NCBI GenBank assembly: GCA_977862235.1
Contig: OZ374561.1
Span: 2,294,001-2,358,000, forward strand
Length of the DNA stretch: 64,000 bases
Direction of reading: 5' to 3'
Source of the DNA: Dudresnaya verticillata
Lineage: Eukaryota
Part shown: positions 25,621 to 38,755 of the stretch, piece by piece
Position numbering within the stretch: the first letter of the stretch is position 1
How the letters are laid out: each line of letters opens with the position of its first letter
Made by a program: the position numbers and the translations under genes
Notes under the pieces: generated by a model
The model's database searches: none
What the model was told of the DNA's origin: nothing
Seen by the model: only the letters and a program-made list of their open reading frames with translations

Positions 25621-25811
25621 AAAGAGAGAGGCATGCCCAGATTTCTCCGGGGGCATAGCGTCGACCACTCTTATGACGAAGCTGCATCCAAGAAAAGCGC
25701 GCCTTTTCCCGGAAATTTGACACGTACGCATCGTGTAGCATCCTCTTACAGGATCGCCCTCGCTATTCATTGAGTACGTTTCCTGTGTATAAACGAGTCT
25801 ACACATCACGA
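25621..25811. repeat. Direct repeat copy at 5' end of DIRS/PAT element
   Basis: Matches 12538-12729. Confidence 0.92.
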
Positions 25812-25824
25812 CAAATGTATTTTT

Positions 25825-27040
25825 TGTAGTGCTATACAATCTTTCCTGCTATGACTAAAGCTACATCCTATGACTTATGACTTACGAAGCCGGCATACGT
25901 TTGTATCTAGGCATCACGTAAGCCGCATGCACTCCGCAACGCACAGCAACCCCACACGGTCTCGAAACCTATCCTGTCGGGGCGACATGTGGGACGCTGC
26001 GACGCTATACCGACTGCGGTGTTGCCAATGATGATAAAGAAAGAAAGGTAAATGCCATCTCGACGTTGACACTGCCATCCGTGCCATCCGCCTGTCGGCG
26101 CCAACCATGCCATCCGCCTGTACCAACTGTGGAAGAATGAGCCGCGGCAGAAGTGCTGGCGCACTGTAAGTCCTGTGTGCGCATCAAGGTGTAAGACGTG
26201 CACTCGCATCAAGCTGTAAGGCGCGCACAAGCGCAGTGCGCTGTAAGGAGGATGGGCCCCGCTGGCGTCCCTGCTGGCACCAAATTTGATGGCGAATTGC
26301 CATTGGGTAATTTATTGTGGCCGCTCACGCGGCCCGACGCGGTACTACCACTCATCCGTATTTCTAACTGACAACAGTATTATTAGAATAATAATTACAG
26401 CGAGAATAGCTTAGATTAGCTCATAGGAGGTATGAGCATTTCCGGCTCTGTTATACTTAATAGGCCCCTGAGTAGCAGGGGCCTCCTGATTAGAACACCA
26501 CGGTGGGTTTGGGTCTTTTTCCCTTTTCTGGAATTCACGGACTCACCGTACCTTTTGCCCCTTTCAGGCGCTCTACGAGCCTATTCTCCGCGCGACGGAA
26601 GCTCTGCGCGAGCTGGGTAGCGCCACCTTTCCCTTTTTCCCTTTTTCCTAGGCTTTGTGCCCTTTTCCCAAGTCTCTACCAACACCCCTTTTCCCCCCGA
26701 GCTACCGAAGCTAGTGTTGGCCATAGGACAGGTGTCCTGGTGGTTTCCGTTCTACCTGGCCCCGTGGCCATTCTACTACACCAACTCTGCCATCCGCCTG
26801 TCGGTGTCAACTCGGTGGCAGCGCAGCTATGCCATCTGCGACCGGAGTCACGGTCACGATCACGTTACTGACATTTACCCCCAGCATTACAGCTTCCTTT
26901 CTATTTCTACCCCTGGCAACCCCGCGCCCTTTTTCCCGCCCTAGCGGCTTCTACAGTTTCCCAATAGAAGAATCTGCGGAGACCGCCACGGTCCGTACGG
27001 AAGGGCGCGGGGCCGCCACGTCCTTACAGATAGCATTACA
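25825..27040 (+). repeat. LTR-like segment, right boundary uncertain
   Basis: Starts TGTAGTGCTA, candidate end TAGCATTACA; clustered TGTAAG motifs, AT-rich core and pyrimidine-rich U5-like part as in the other LTRs; no TSD found. Confidence 0.45.
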
Positions 27041-28396
27041 GAAACATTTTGGCCAATAAGATTGCTTGTATGCATGTGTGTGCTGCGTCGTCGCCGCCGT
27101 CGCCGCGCCTTCCGTGCCGGCACACGAAGACCCACCCACGGGCGCACGCCACGGGCGAACGCACATTCACCCGCACGCGCGTGGGCAGGCGCGCCGCCAC
27201 GAGACCCTCCAAGCGGCGCGGGCCCTGCGTCCGCCACGGCGCCGGCAGAGGTACTGTAATGCCATTGCCAGCGGATGCCAGAGGCACCGTCACGGTCACC
27301 CACTACCATGACGACCTCTACAACATGGCATGACGTCAGACATATTGCCATTAATGGCTGTCGTCACCAGCGCCGTATCGACACGGTGCCAAACATGCCG
27401 TTACGGTCACCTAACCAATGACCTGCCCCTATTTCAGTGTAATAAAAGGCCTTACTGCTATTTCTGGCGCCATTTGTCCGGCATGAATTTAAGGTAGTAA
27501 ATCACCGACGCAAGACATATCCTGTCTGGGAAAGTGGCCAGGCTGTTCCCACCCTGCGTGCACAAAGGTATATCCCACCGCCCAGCTGCTGCCCGTACCT
27601 CCTAGCACCACTGTAGTGAAGTGAGCTTCGGCATTCGAAACGATGGAAATGCGTATAGTGTGGCCTGAACCGTTGCGGGATGTGTGCACGTGTACCCGTG
27701 TCGGTTTTGGGTGCATTGTTGTGTGCTGGCGTACATTGCTGTGCAGTAGTGAAGCGCACCAACCGAAGCGGAGTATTTGTAGTATTTATTCTTTATTTTT
27801 AGTGAGTCTGTGTACAGTGTGTAGAGTAGCGCGCCAGCCAATGAGAACGCTGCGCATGTCCGTGTCGGAGATTGGGACCAGCAGGGCCGATTCCACCACA
27901 GGACCAGACCACTAGGGTCTGGCCCCCACGGACCGGACCGCTCGGTACCACCCTGACTTGTATATCAGGGCGGCCCCGCAGCGGATCCTAAGGTAAACGG
28001 GTAAGCAACCTTAGTCCAATCCTTTACGGTGTTCCCCGCGCCGAGCCCGTTGCGGTCTACCACCACCACCGTTACGGAGTCCTTCCCGGTACTTGTACCA
28101 CCCCCTTCTCTGTTGCTTCCCAATATCTGTCTCGGTTAGCCGCTCGCTGTTCTCCCATTTCGGTGCGAACTGCTCTACCACCCCGTGGAGGTAGTGTTGC
28201 TCTCGTCCGTCAAGGAAAGTCAGGCCAGCTGTCCGTCTCGGAGTTCGTGGGTTTTCACTACACCACAACCACGAAACCCACGTACCCTACACTCGCCCAT
28301 AGATATCTGTGCCACAACCGCCACCTCCATCTCCGTACCGCAGCGTCCATCCTTTCACAAGCCCGACTCCCAACACGCCTACACCGCCCACGTCTC

Positions 28397-28565
28397 TCAA
28401 GCCGCGCAAGTCGCGCAAGCCGATCTAGTTCCAGACTCCCCAGACTCCAAGCAACTCGACCAGGCCCCGTAAGCCTCCGCAAGCCCCGCAAGCCCCACAA
28501 GCCTCGCAAGCGTCCGTAAGCCTCTCAAGTCCCTGAATCCCCTAAAGTCGTTCAACGCTCTCAAG
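28397..28565. repeat. Degenerate 9-bp minisatellite (CAAGCCCCG-like)
   Basis: GCAAGCCCC-GCAAGCCCC-ACAAGCCTC-GCAAGCGTC array. Confidence 0.75.
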
Positions 28566-28717
28566 TAACGTGAAATTCAGAAGCTGCAAAAGACCCCAAG
28601 CCCGCCGAACATCACAAGACTCCTGGGCAGTCCCACACTACCTCTTGCAGAGCGCCTTCGCAGGCGCTCTCATTTCAGTTAGGGCCTCTCGAATACTTCA
28701 ACTTGTAGCGTCATCCT

Positions 28718-31090
28718 ATGTCGCAAGACATATATGTCTCGAAGGCTACGAATTTGCCTGAGATGAAAAGCAGCAGCACAGGCGATCAGCCGATGCAGGT
28801 TGCGGTGCGACACGTTGGAAGAGCACGTTCCGTCTCTCCAATTACCCACGCAGTTCGTACAATTGAGCACGTGCCGAACTTTGACAAGATCATCCGTCCG
28901 GTTAGCTAGTTCCGAATGTTGGGCTATACTGCATCTATGTGCAAACAAGGTTTCAAGTTTGACGAGCCGATTGTCTTCAGCGAGCCCATCTTCGAATGCG
29001 ATGGGCACCGCGTATTTCTGCCCGAGTACGCTCTGTGCGGGAACCACCGCACAGGGTCAGCTCGTGATGCTGGGCTGCATATTTTATACGGTCACATCAT
29101 CCGGAGGAAGCAAGTTATTGATGTGTACTACAGCATCAAGGCACTAGAAGGAGTGCTGGAGGGACGAGCTGAGGAGAAGAGTGTCGTCGTGGATCGGCTG
29201 TATAGGTCAATTCACTTCTATGTGATTGTGACCAACACGCAACAGGCCTCTCCAACACCTTACTCGGCTTTACAGCAGGCTGTTGTTGTCTGTACGATTG
29301 TTCGAAGCCACCCGTTGGTCTCCAAAGGGAAGACGAAGGACAAAAAAATCTACGGCGGGGCGTTGTTTCTTCGAGAGCGCTTGTTCGCGAATGCGTTTGA
29401 AGCCCACGATCGTAATCACTTCCTTTTGTGCACAACGTACCATCCTCGCCATCTGAACAGGATTCCACAAGGTTGCTACGCGCTAATCGAGACGCATGTC
29501 AAGGAGGAAGACCCTGTTATGGGCAGTAGAACGAACATCCTAGATGTTCTACTGTACTGGGAATCTATCTCCCGCATCCCGAAGTTTGAGGATACATACA
29601 TTTCATATGCCTCGGACATGCCTGTGTCTGACATGCGTACTATTATCCGGTAATGTTGCAAGGCGATTCGTACGTGCAATCACAACTTCAAGAATGGCGT
29701 TGTATTTCCTGCGCCGTTCGGCACTGCCCATTTCAACGCTGCCAAGAACGGCAAACTGGAGGAGTGGTTTGCAGGGACGGACAAATCGCTTCGCGGCGTG
29801 CTGGCCAAACGGATGACGGATATGCAGATTCGCGAGCAGCACGCTGGGAAGAAGCCGAAGAGCAGGGATTCCGAAGACGAAGAACCCGGCGATGAGGTGA
29901 GGATGAAGAGGAAGGCTCGAGCGTTTAAAGCAGCCCAGACACGCGCAAGAAACAAGAAGAAGCGCGAGGAGCTTGCTCTGGCATCCAGAAAGAAGAAACG
30001 TAGGAGGGAGAATGAGAAGAAGGCTGAAGTTGAGAAGGAAAAGACGAAGAAGAGCAAGGTTTCAAAAAGCCCTGCAACGGCGAAGCTGAACAAGAGGAAG
30101 ACGGATGTGGCTGACTCCGAGGAAGATGCTCCAGTAGTCTTCCACGGTGTAATTGATCTCACACTTTCCGACTACGAGGAGTCCGCAATCGTTCCCGTCG
30201 AGAGAACTACCCCCGTTGAAGTGAAGCAGGAGCCGACTGACGACAGTTTGGCTCAGAAGGGCCCTTCTGTCGCCGCCGACACTCAAGGCCCCGAAGCTAC
30301 AGCGGCAAGCAAAAAGAATGTCGGGCAAGACATATATGTATCGGAGGGCCATAACATGCAGGAGTCTCAGAGGGGCGATGAGACCCAAGACATAGATGTC
30401 TTAGCGGGCCACTATCAAGGACCACAGAAGAAGAGTGGAGCGCAAGACATACATGTCTTGGCAGGTCAGAAAGGTTCAGCCAAGGGAGCTGAGAGACCAG
30501 ACACCGCTCTTGACTTCGGGAAAGCACTTGACTCCACCGCTCGTGAGAACAGAGCTGGAGGCAACAAGATTTCTGAACTCCGGGATGCGCCACCCGTTGA
30601 TCCCCGCGATAAAGTGATAGCCGACCTTCGTCGCCAGGTAAGCGCACTTACGGCGAAGGGGAATCCCAGTATCAACGTCGCTTCGAGTGAGTATTGTGCT
30701 CCAGTGTTGGATACAGTTGGAGGTTCACGAGATGAAATGTTCGAGAAGAGGATACAACTAGAAGTGGAGAAGCGCGTAGCGGAGATGCGAACGAAAGGGC
30801 TTTTAAGTGAGGCTCTAGCACCGTTTGGAACTGCCGCTATCAAGAAAAGTGAGGCCGAACCCATATCATGCTTACAAGCGGAGAAGAACCAGATGGAATC
30901 TGAATTCAAGAAGATGAAACAGTTGTTCGAAAAGAGAAATAAGGAACTGGCTGCTGCGAAGAACCGTCTAGCACAAACCGTTCCCAGTGCCATTGCTCCA
31001 CCGCGAACGAGACGAAGTACTAGACGAACTGCGGGGACTGCAGATACTGCAGTTACTGCAGGCATTGATGTATCGGAAGTTCCAGTGTAG
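28718..31090 (+). pseudogene. Orphan gene (~790 codons), globular N-half, Lys-rich/coiled-coil C-half
   Basis: ORFs 28718-28909, 28916-29653 and 29798-31090 are all in one frame, separated by single stops (28907 TAG, 29651 TAA). Confidence 0.7.
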
Positions 31091-31385
31091 TCATTTTCAA
31101 GGGAGCAACTTATCGAGCTGCAGAATCGTATCTCGAGTACACTAGGAATGCTGTAGTTAGCCGGTGATCGATTTTCTCAAAGACATTTTATCTCATTGCT
31201 TGGGACATGTCACAACATGCAAATACCACAACTCCACCATAAACTCTTTTGAGCTATAGCTAGCTCGATTCAACACATTTGTTCAACTTGTCTTCAAGAC
31301 AGATATGTCTTGAACACAACCATATACCTCAGTGATTCCACACAATTGCAAACAAATCCAAGAGCCCATGTAATGCATTCTGGAT

Positions 31386-33213
31386 TCAATCGGAATCCGG
31401 CTCGAATTCCGCTGCGGCAGAGTAGTCCTTGTCATCTGCATTGGAGGACTCTTCTTCCTGAGCAGCTTCCTCGAAACGCTCATCCAAATTTTCAGGCACT
31501 CCGGCGAGAATACGCTCACGGGCAGCACGGATTTCTTGCGCATATTCCTTCCTCGTCCCCGGTATGAAAGCTAGGCCTCTCAAATGATGCTCTGCAGCAT
31601 CTGATCCCGGAGCACTTCGATTTGGCGCAGCCCGACCGGAATCTTGTGGACGGACTGCACTTGTCCCACACGTTTCCGATTCCTGCACATCCTTCTCCTG
31701 ACGGTCACCCTCAACCCCCTCTTCGACTGACACCGCGCCCACACCTACACCTCTCCCACCTTCCTCCTGCTTCTTTTTCTTCTTCTCCGGAACGAAAACC
31801 GTGTCAGAGCCGCTTTAATCATCAGGACTATCCGATTTCGTGGCTTTAATAGATTTAGTGCTCCGACCTTTCTGACAAGCGGGTCTAGCACGATCCACAG
31901 TTCCGGTCTTGGCGCGAGACATATATGTCTTGACGGGGATTTCTTCGACTGGTTCATCTTCATCAGTGGTGAAGTTCATATCCAGGGATTCACCTGACGC
32001 GACACTCCACCCAGATGATGGGGAAGTGTTCGCTATACCGCACCAGAAAGATGGCTGGTGAATTTAGAGGATGTCTTGCTTCTGCAGCCCTCTGGCGACT
32101 GAGGATGAAATATCTACATCTTCGAAGCAGCCCGGTGTGACCCTCATAGAATCTAGGATAGTGCGTGGCACATTGAGATGGGCTTCTTTCTCCAGACGCC
32201 CCATCTCTTCCATGTATATTTCACGTGCCGCGTCGTATTCTGAAGCATATTCCGAGATGGGGGTATCGGTATAGCAGCAACGGGACAAACGATGTCCTCC
32301 CGAGGGTTGTAGTGGTGCGACTCCGGAAACGTTGCAGCGGCCTTGTCCACATCGAAAAGACACCAGGAAACGAGACGACTGGAAGCCACGCGAATGTCGT
32401 GTGGAAGGTCAACCGTGAAGGGACGGTCGCCCTGTACGATGAGAATATCGCCGGGGTACAGTCTTCTTTTTCATCCCCCTCACGGTAGAATGCGGTATTA
32501 CTCATTGCGAGACGGTCTGGCAGGTTCTCGCCACTAATAGTGATGACAGAGTCTGCAGACGAAGCAGTCACCATGTCAAAACGTAGATGTGGACTAAAAA
32601 GGACATTCTTTCCCTGCTCCGGCACGGATGACGGGATCATCAACTCGAGTTCCGAACCGAGGTAGAGGAAGCACCGAAACGACGGCGGGTATTCACAATC
32701 TTTGAAGAAAGAGTTACAAAACCCTCCCGTAGACGGACTGAGAAGTTCGGGTGGTGATGCGTAGAAAGCTCGCCCAAGCCCTGCACGCATGAACTCGGCA
32801 ACTGTTGCCATCACATTTGTGAGGTGCATCTTCTTGTCGAAGAACTTTTCTTTCACGAGCCAAGCTACGTCCGGTTTAACGTTAAACGGGCTGAACATGG
32901 TTTTCTTCTCGGCGCAATCAGGACCGGCCTCATAATCCTTCCTCCACATCCCCACAGTGCGCCTCGAGCGCAGATCCCCGTCTCTGACTGAAAACGTTTC
33001 CGGCTCACACCAGAGAAGATACTTGGAGCCTTCCGCGCGGAGGGCGTTGAACCATACTTGATGATTTCCCTTGGCATACAACGACACCTTTCGGCGCCGG
33101 GCCGAGGGAGCGTTAACGGACCGAAGTGAAGTTCCTAGCACGCCGTAGTCGCGGCTTCGACTCTTCGTCGAGGCGTTCGCGTCCGACGGTTTCATCACCG
33201 TATCCACCTCCAT
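31386..33213 (-). pseudogene. Orphan gene, frameshifted, acidic C-terminus
   Basis: 330-aa ORF 32221-33213 continues through shifted frames (32153-32389, 32064-32363) into acidic ORF 31386-31742. Confidence 0.5.
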
Positions 33214-33782
33214 GCTCGTATGTGTAGGTCTTGTGTTCGTCCTTGGACAGCTGGTACGCTAATCTCACATTAGTAGGCGCGTGAGGATGGAGAGGAAAGC
33301 TCGAAAGGGTATGCCGTTGTCAAAACGACTTGCCAGTCGAACGTGGCTTGCGAACCGGGCAATTTGAGGTAGACTCTGGAATCAGGTCCAAGACATAATA
33401 GGTCTTAAACGTTATGATAAAAACTCGCGTTTCAGACGGTCCGGAATTACACTATTTTTAGGACTATGTTTTGCTGCAGTGTACCGTTGGAGCCCAGATG
33501 GAATACGAATTTAGATTGGATTACTGCTGTTCGACGGGCCCGTGGTCCGGGCCTACGGGCCCGTCGTACAGCTGTCCCGTGGCCCCTGCCCAAGGGCCCG
33601 TCGTACAGCAAGCCTGTGGAGCTGGCTCGAAGTGAAGTGATTTCAACGCTGCGGTTGCAAACGCATGGCCTCGACCCGGCTCAATCTCCAGACTGCTTAG
33701 AGAGATCAACCGATAAGACCGCGGCCGAACCGCGCGGTTCCAACGACGACCCGCGGAAGCCCGCAGATCTACATGCGAGTGT

Positions 33783-35232
33783 GTGCACGCGCGCTTTCTC
33801 ACACGTGTGACACCTGCGAACGACTTCGGCACAAGCATGGAGGACAAGGATGAGGGTATGTTTGGATACCTCCAACGTTCCATGTATTTGGAGCAGGAGA
33901 AGTGGGGAGATGAGGAGATGTTTGAGGAGGGGGAGGGGCAGCTACCACGGAACGGGAGAGGAGGGCTGCTGCGCGACGTGCTCTCAGAGAGGCGTAGAGT
34001 TCCGCTGCAGCTGTTCGCGGAAGCCGGAACACTACAAGGCTCACGACAAAGAGGGCGCAGGATACTACAGGGGTTGAGACATATATGTCTCCCCCACTTC
34101 CCCGGACTGAGCTCGCGCGCGCCCTCAGACAGTACTCGCCATACTACAGTGGTTGAGACATACATGTCTCCCACGCTTCCGCGGACTGAGCGCGCGAGCG
34201 TGCGCCCAGACAACACTCGCCGTACTGGAGGTGTGGTTGCGACAGTAGCTCACCGACGAAGAGATCCTGTTCTCAACCCGCTGAATGCAGAAGAGAAGAA
34301 GAAGCTAGTCGACTGCGAAGACGATGAGCTGCAGGTTGGGAGAATCACCGTTGAGCCTGGCATGCTTCGCAACTTGCGAGGCTCGTTTGACCCAGAAGCT
34401 TGGATGAATGACGACATCATGGATAGCTTCGCTACGAGGTTAAACGAGAGGTCCAAGCGTCGACGTGACAAGTACGGTTTCGGAAAGAAAGTTCACATCA
34501 CTTCAGTGCACGTGAAGAGCTTCGTACATCGTGAGAAGACTAGAGCGACCGACGGCTGGATGTTTCTACAGCATGCGTTATTTTCTTTAGAAGAACTTGA
34601 CGTCATAATGTTTCCGTATAACCAGAACAACGAGCACTGGGTTCTAGCTGTATTTGACATGAAAGCGAAAACAATTCTGCTGCACAATCCTTATCACTGC
34701 GAAAAACCGGACGTTGTCCCATTACAGAATGTTTCTTTCCTCCGTATGGGCCGAGAAGACCTCGCTTAAAATCAAGTTCGAGAGCTGGAGTGTTTATCTC
34801 AGCAAGGCTTTTCCCAAGCAGAAGGATGGTGGGTCCTGTGGGGTTTTCGTCATGTGGGTGATGGAATTCATGGAGCGCGGGGCCGTACCGTCTTTCGTTC
34901 AAGCCGACATAGAATTGCTCAGGCAGAAGACAGAATTGTTGCTAAGGGGTCACGATGTTCTCCCTCTTCAATGGCAGGGATCGGCTTTGGGCAGCGAGCG
35001 TGCTTCTGGTGTTTTAATTAATGTTCAGGACAAGGTTGCTAAAGCAATCAGGGCGGAAATCGCTAGTATTGCGAAGAAAGAAAAAATTGTGAAGTCAAGG
35101 GGTAAGAAGGCTTCTGCTCCAGCGAGAAATGCGCAAGGGTCCGATAGGGTCGCTGTGTCTGCCGGTCCGACTTATGTCGACAGCCCAAGGCCAGCGCAAA
35201 ATGAGAAGACAGCAAAGGGATCTCCCCTATAA
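33783..35232 (+). pseudogene. Ulp1/SENP (peptidase C48) SUMO protease, frameshifted near 34720-34760
   Basis: WMNDDIMDSF, MFPYNQNNEHWVLAVFD, then PKQKDGGSCGVFV (His-Asp-Gln-Cys catalytic set). Confidence 0.9.
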
Positions 35233-35528
35233 GAAACGGCTCCTCTCTCGCAGATGGAATCGAGTCAGGGTCGTCCAGCTGTAACTCCCGCGCGAGTCTG
35301 CACGATTTCCAGCCTACCGTAAGCAAGAAGAGTCCTGTCGAAGGGGAAAGCGAGGAAGCTCTAAGGCTCTTAACGGCTCTCCAGCCCATTAAGCGGATCG
35401 AGAAAGGCCGCTCTCACGAAAGCGGCCTTGCGCGGCCGCGTACTCGTGAGGGTGGGCAAAGCACTGCGACGGTATCACCTGCTACTGTCGCACCTGTCAC
35501 TGTCACAGTATCCTTCGACGCGTCTTCG

Positions 35529-36257
35529 TTGCTCCGACGAGCGGTGCGAAACAAGAAGGTGAATCTAGGCCGAAAGACCCACACGTCGCGTAAAGCGAGG
35601 GACAAGAAATTCGAGACGAGTGGAATAGGGCTTTCGCGCTCCGCCATAGAAGACATTGTTATCCCGCGGAGGCATAGGACGTGCAATATTCCTCACACAC
35701 GAACAGTGCAGGAAAAGGAGAAAGACGAGAGAATATCTGATTTAGAACTTCCCGTTCTATCAGACTTGCCCCCGCTAGATGAACCTGTCTCGATGGTCGG
35801 CGTTGTGGACAGGAAGGCTCCTACGGATGTCCGGAAGCCTGTAGACATATCTGTCTCCTATCCCAAGCCCGGCCATCGACAAGAAGTTGAGATGGGCAAA
35901 GAAGATTCCGAGAAGGTCGCCGTGAAGGGTCGACCCTTTCTCGATCGAGACATACCTGTCTCCCCAACCACTGCTGGGGATGAAGATGCGGGCGAAGATG
36001 GTGAGGCGCCCAAGGGAGGTGCTGAGTGCGCCGTGAAGGGTCGAGACATATCTGTATCCCCAACCAAGTCTGGGGATGAAGATGCGGGCGAAGATTTGGA
36101 TGTACGGAAAGGGATGCAGGCGCCCAAGGGAGATGCCGGGAAGTTCATGCACGAGGCGCGCCCACCCGCGGGTGACAGATCAGTGTCGTCTGCAGATGGA
36201 GAAGATTCAGGGCAGGATAAGTACGTTGAAGTGTTCAGGCCAACTCCTGAGTCGTGA
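35529..36257 (+). CDS. Low-complexity repetitive ORF, probably the C-terminal tail of the Ulp1 gene
   Basis: Repeats DI(S/P)VSPT..GDEDAGED; same strand, directly downstream of Ulp1. Confidence 0.4.
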   Translation: MLRRAVRNKKVNLGRKTHTSRKARDKKFETSGIGLSRSAIEDIVIPRRHRTCNIPHTRTVQEKEKDERISDLELPVLSDLPPLDEPVSMVGVVDRKAPTDVRKPVDISVSYPKPGHRQEVEMGKEDSEKVAVKGRPFLDRDIPVSPTTAGDEDAGEDGEAPKGGAECAVKGRDISVSPTKSGDEDAGEDLDVRKGMQAPKGDAGKFMHEARPPAGDRSVSSADGEDSGQDKYVEVFRPTPES

Positions 36258-37268
36258 GGGAGGCGTAACCCTCGCAAACCACGCAGAGTAGGAAGTGCTC
36301 AGCAGGTTGCTTCTGTTACAGATGGACCGCGTATCGACAACAGAAGCGATAACAGCGAAGCGTCCCTGTGACCGAAGCGCAACAGGAAGAAACCAAAACG
36401 CTATCAGCATTGATAATATTCATATTGCAAGAGAGCGTACGTCCGAACGTGGTGTCGTGGACGTACTCTTGCTGCTAAACTTTGTAAAGTGGGCTGTATG
36501 TGAATAGTGTCGTGTGTGTCGTGTGAAGATCGTGTCGTGATGTTTTGTGTGGGCGAACAGGCGAAGCTATATATAGCCTGTTCGCTGCAACATGATACTA
36601 ATGTGAAGGAGAATGTGCGTGCGCTGTAACTATGGCACACCTTGTGTGGCTGTAGCTCTCATGGCACACTTCCATAAGAGTGCATCTGTTGTCGTTGTGC
36701 AGTGCACTCTGTTACACATGTGGGAATGAACACGTGCACACGAGGACATAGTACAGCATCTCTTGATATGGTATGACTTTCTCCTAACATGTTGTAAAAG
36801 AATGGCAATTATTCTATCAGTTGTTGATCAGTTCCGTTAGTCTAATTGTATTTAACTACATATTTCGCTCAATTGAAGTACAATTCCACACGGACAATAG
36901 GAGTGATTGTGGTGCCGAGAGCAGCTGCTACCGAGCTAGCTCGCCAGCAATTTCTTAAGCTTCAGTGAGTCAATTATTACGTGCTTGAGGGTCATCGTGA
37001 CGTGACGCGCAGGGTTCTGCTCTCGGTACAACACGATCGATGGATAGACACAGACTAGAGTCTATCGATAGAGCGTGTTAAACACTACTTATCACTACGT
37101 CGTCTTCTTTCTCTTCGATTCGTTCGGTTCCAGTGTGTACTCACACTGTACATTACGTTGTAAGACTTTCAGCCGAAGCCGATTACGCGTTCTTGAGATA
37201 CTAGGAAAAACAGCCTCACGCGAAACAATTCTTGACGGAAAATGCTCTCGGAATCTTTCCAGGTACGT

Positions 37269-38755
37269 CTACAGATACCCCTTCGCAGAAGCACATATTC
37301 TGATGAGGTTTCGACTCAGACCCGAAACGCATAGTCCATCCAATGAAGTGCAGAGAGAAAGTGCGGTATATACCATGCCAGGTGGTTTCCAAAAACGCGT
37401 CCTGGAAAAGTCGACCGATACCCACTGCAGTGTCATTCCTTGACACTTGTGAATAGCTACTGCATATCCAGGTATAAAAGCGAACTGTGTGCGGTATGCC
37501 AGTACTTGCGCCCCTCGATCCCTTACTGAAAATTCTTGTGGCCACATCTCGAAGTGTTGTGTGGAAGATCCCAGCAATTTTATCCGATACTTCGTACGAC
37601 ACCAGCAGAAGTACCAGGAACAACCGCTGTTATCTATACGATCGTTCCCGGTAGGTGGGAGCCTGTTCTCCTGGTCAGAATGACGTGAGAACCCACTTTC
37701 ATCCTCACTTCATCTGGGGCAGCATTCCTCAATCGTCTTGATGTAGTTTCATCACACCCCAGGACATATCTGTCTCGGGCTGAGTGAGTAAATGACTTCG
37801 ACGGGATCTTATCCAAAATATCGTTGCTATATCGAGACACATCTGTCTTATACAAAAAAAGTTCTGTTCGGTGAATGAATGGCTGATCACGGGACGCAAC
37901 TCGACTCCGCCCAGTACCATTGACGGTTTTGATATCATCATCCGTACAACTACCGTCGTGAAAACGCTGAAGCATCTCGAAGAATTCCTTGTCACCCTTT
38001 TGTCTGTGATTCGTATAGAGAATCCAAATGACACCCGTACCGAAGCCTCCAAACGTGAGAAACCACGGACTGGATAGATGAACAGGCAGATTTTCATGCG
38101 GTAACGAATCGTGCTGTGTAATGGGGCCCAGCTGAAGTGGATCCCCGCATAGCACGACTTGTCGGCCGCCAAACGGAAGTGCTACAGAGGCCTTCGAACT
38201 CCCGTAGTGACGAAGGACTGAATCTACAGCCTCTAGAACCGCGGAAGGAATCACAAAAACCTCATCGATAATAAGTACCTTAATTTGCCTGATCTCTTCC
38301 ACTCTTCTCTTAGATTTCTTCACTTCCTGCAGCAATACTTCCTTGCTGGCGGCCCAATTATCAGAAATCCCAAACATACTGCTGAGGCTCTGACCGCACA
38401 AAGTGGTAGCGGTTGCGTTGCTGTACCCACAAGCGGCAACAACCGGAAAATCTCCAAAACGTTCACGGGCGAACCTTAGCATGTACTCCAGCAGGAACGA
38501 CTTCCCGCTCCCAGCACCCCCCATCAACGCAATTGACTTCCCTGCTCTGAATAGGTGGTAAATGCACTCCTGAACGGGGTCAAGGCAAGGAAGCTCAGTA
38601 TCAGCACTTGGAGGGCAGGTACATGCTTCCACCAAAATGGTCAATAATTCTCGAAGCTTCGACGCGTCGGTGCAAGACGCAGGGAGCACAAGCCGAAGAC
38701 AGAATTGTGTCACAGGAATCCGTTGAAGGAAGCACAGATATCCCGAGGCTTCCAC
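37269..38755 (-). pseudogene. Pif1-family SF1B DNA helicase, disrupted near 37580-37640
   Basis: GGAGSGKS, IIDEV, PFGGRQVVLCGDPLQLGPI, NHRQKGD, KVGSHVIL, AIHKCQGMTL, GMVYTALS. Confidence 0.93.

Larger units (their letters stand above)
12538..25811 (-). mobile_element. DIRS/PAT-like tyrosine-recombinase retrotransposon, interrupted by three insertions
   Basis: gag-like ORF, RT (YIDD), RNase H, methyltransferase-like segment and YR in minus order; ~190-bp direct repeat at both ends; true left end may extend toward ~12000. Confidence 0.88.

Noticed and set aside
12000..25831. Apparent CACTA termini (CACTATAAAAA ... TTTTTGTAGTG)
   Set aside because: 3-bp flanks differ (ATA vs CTA), no CACTA transposase, and TGTAGTG is better explained as an LTR start
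28718..31090. Stop-codon recoding or programmed readthrough
   Set aside because: In-frame stops in the window are of all three types and co-occur with frameshifts, consistent with decay
37269..38755. Helitron
   Set aside because: Pif1 domain present but no HUH Rep motifs upstream and no Helitron termini recognised
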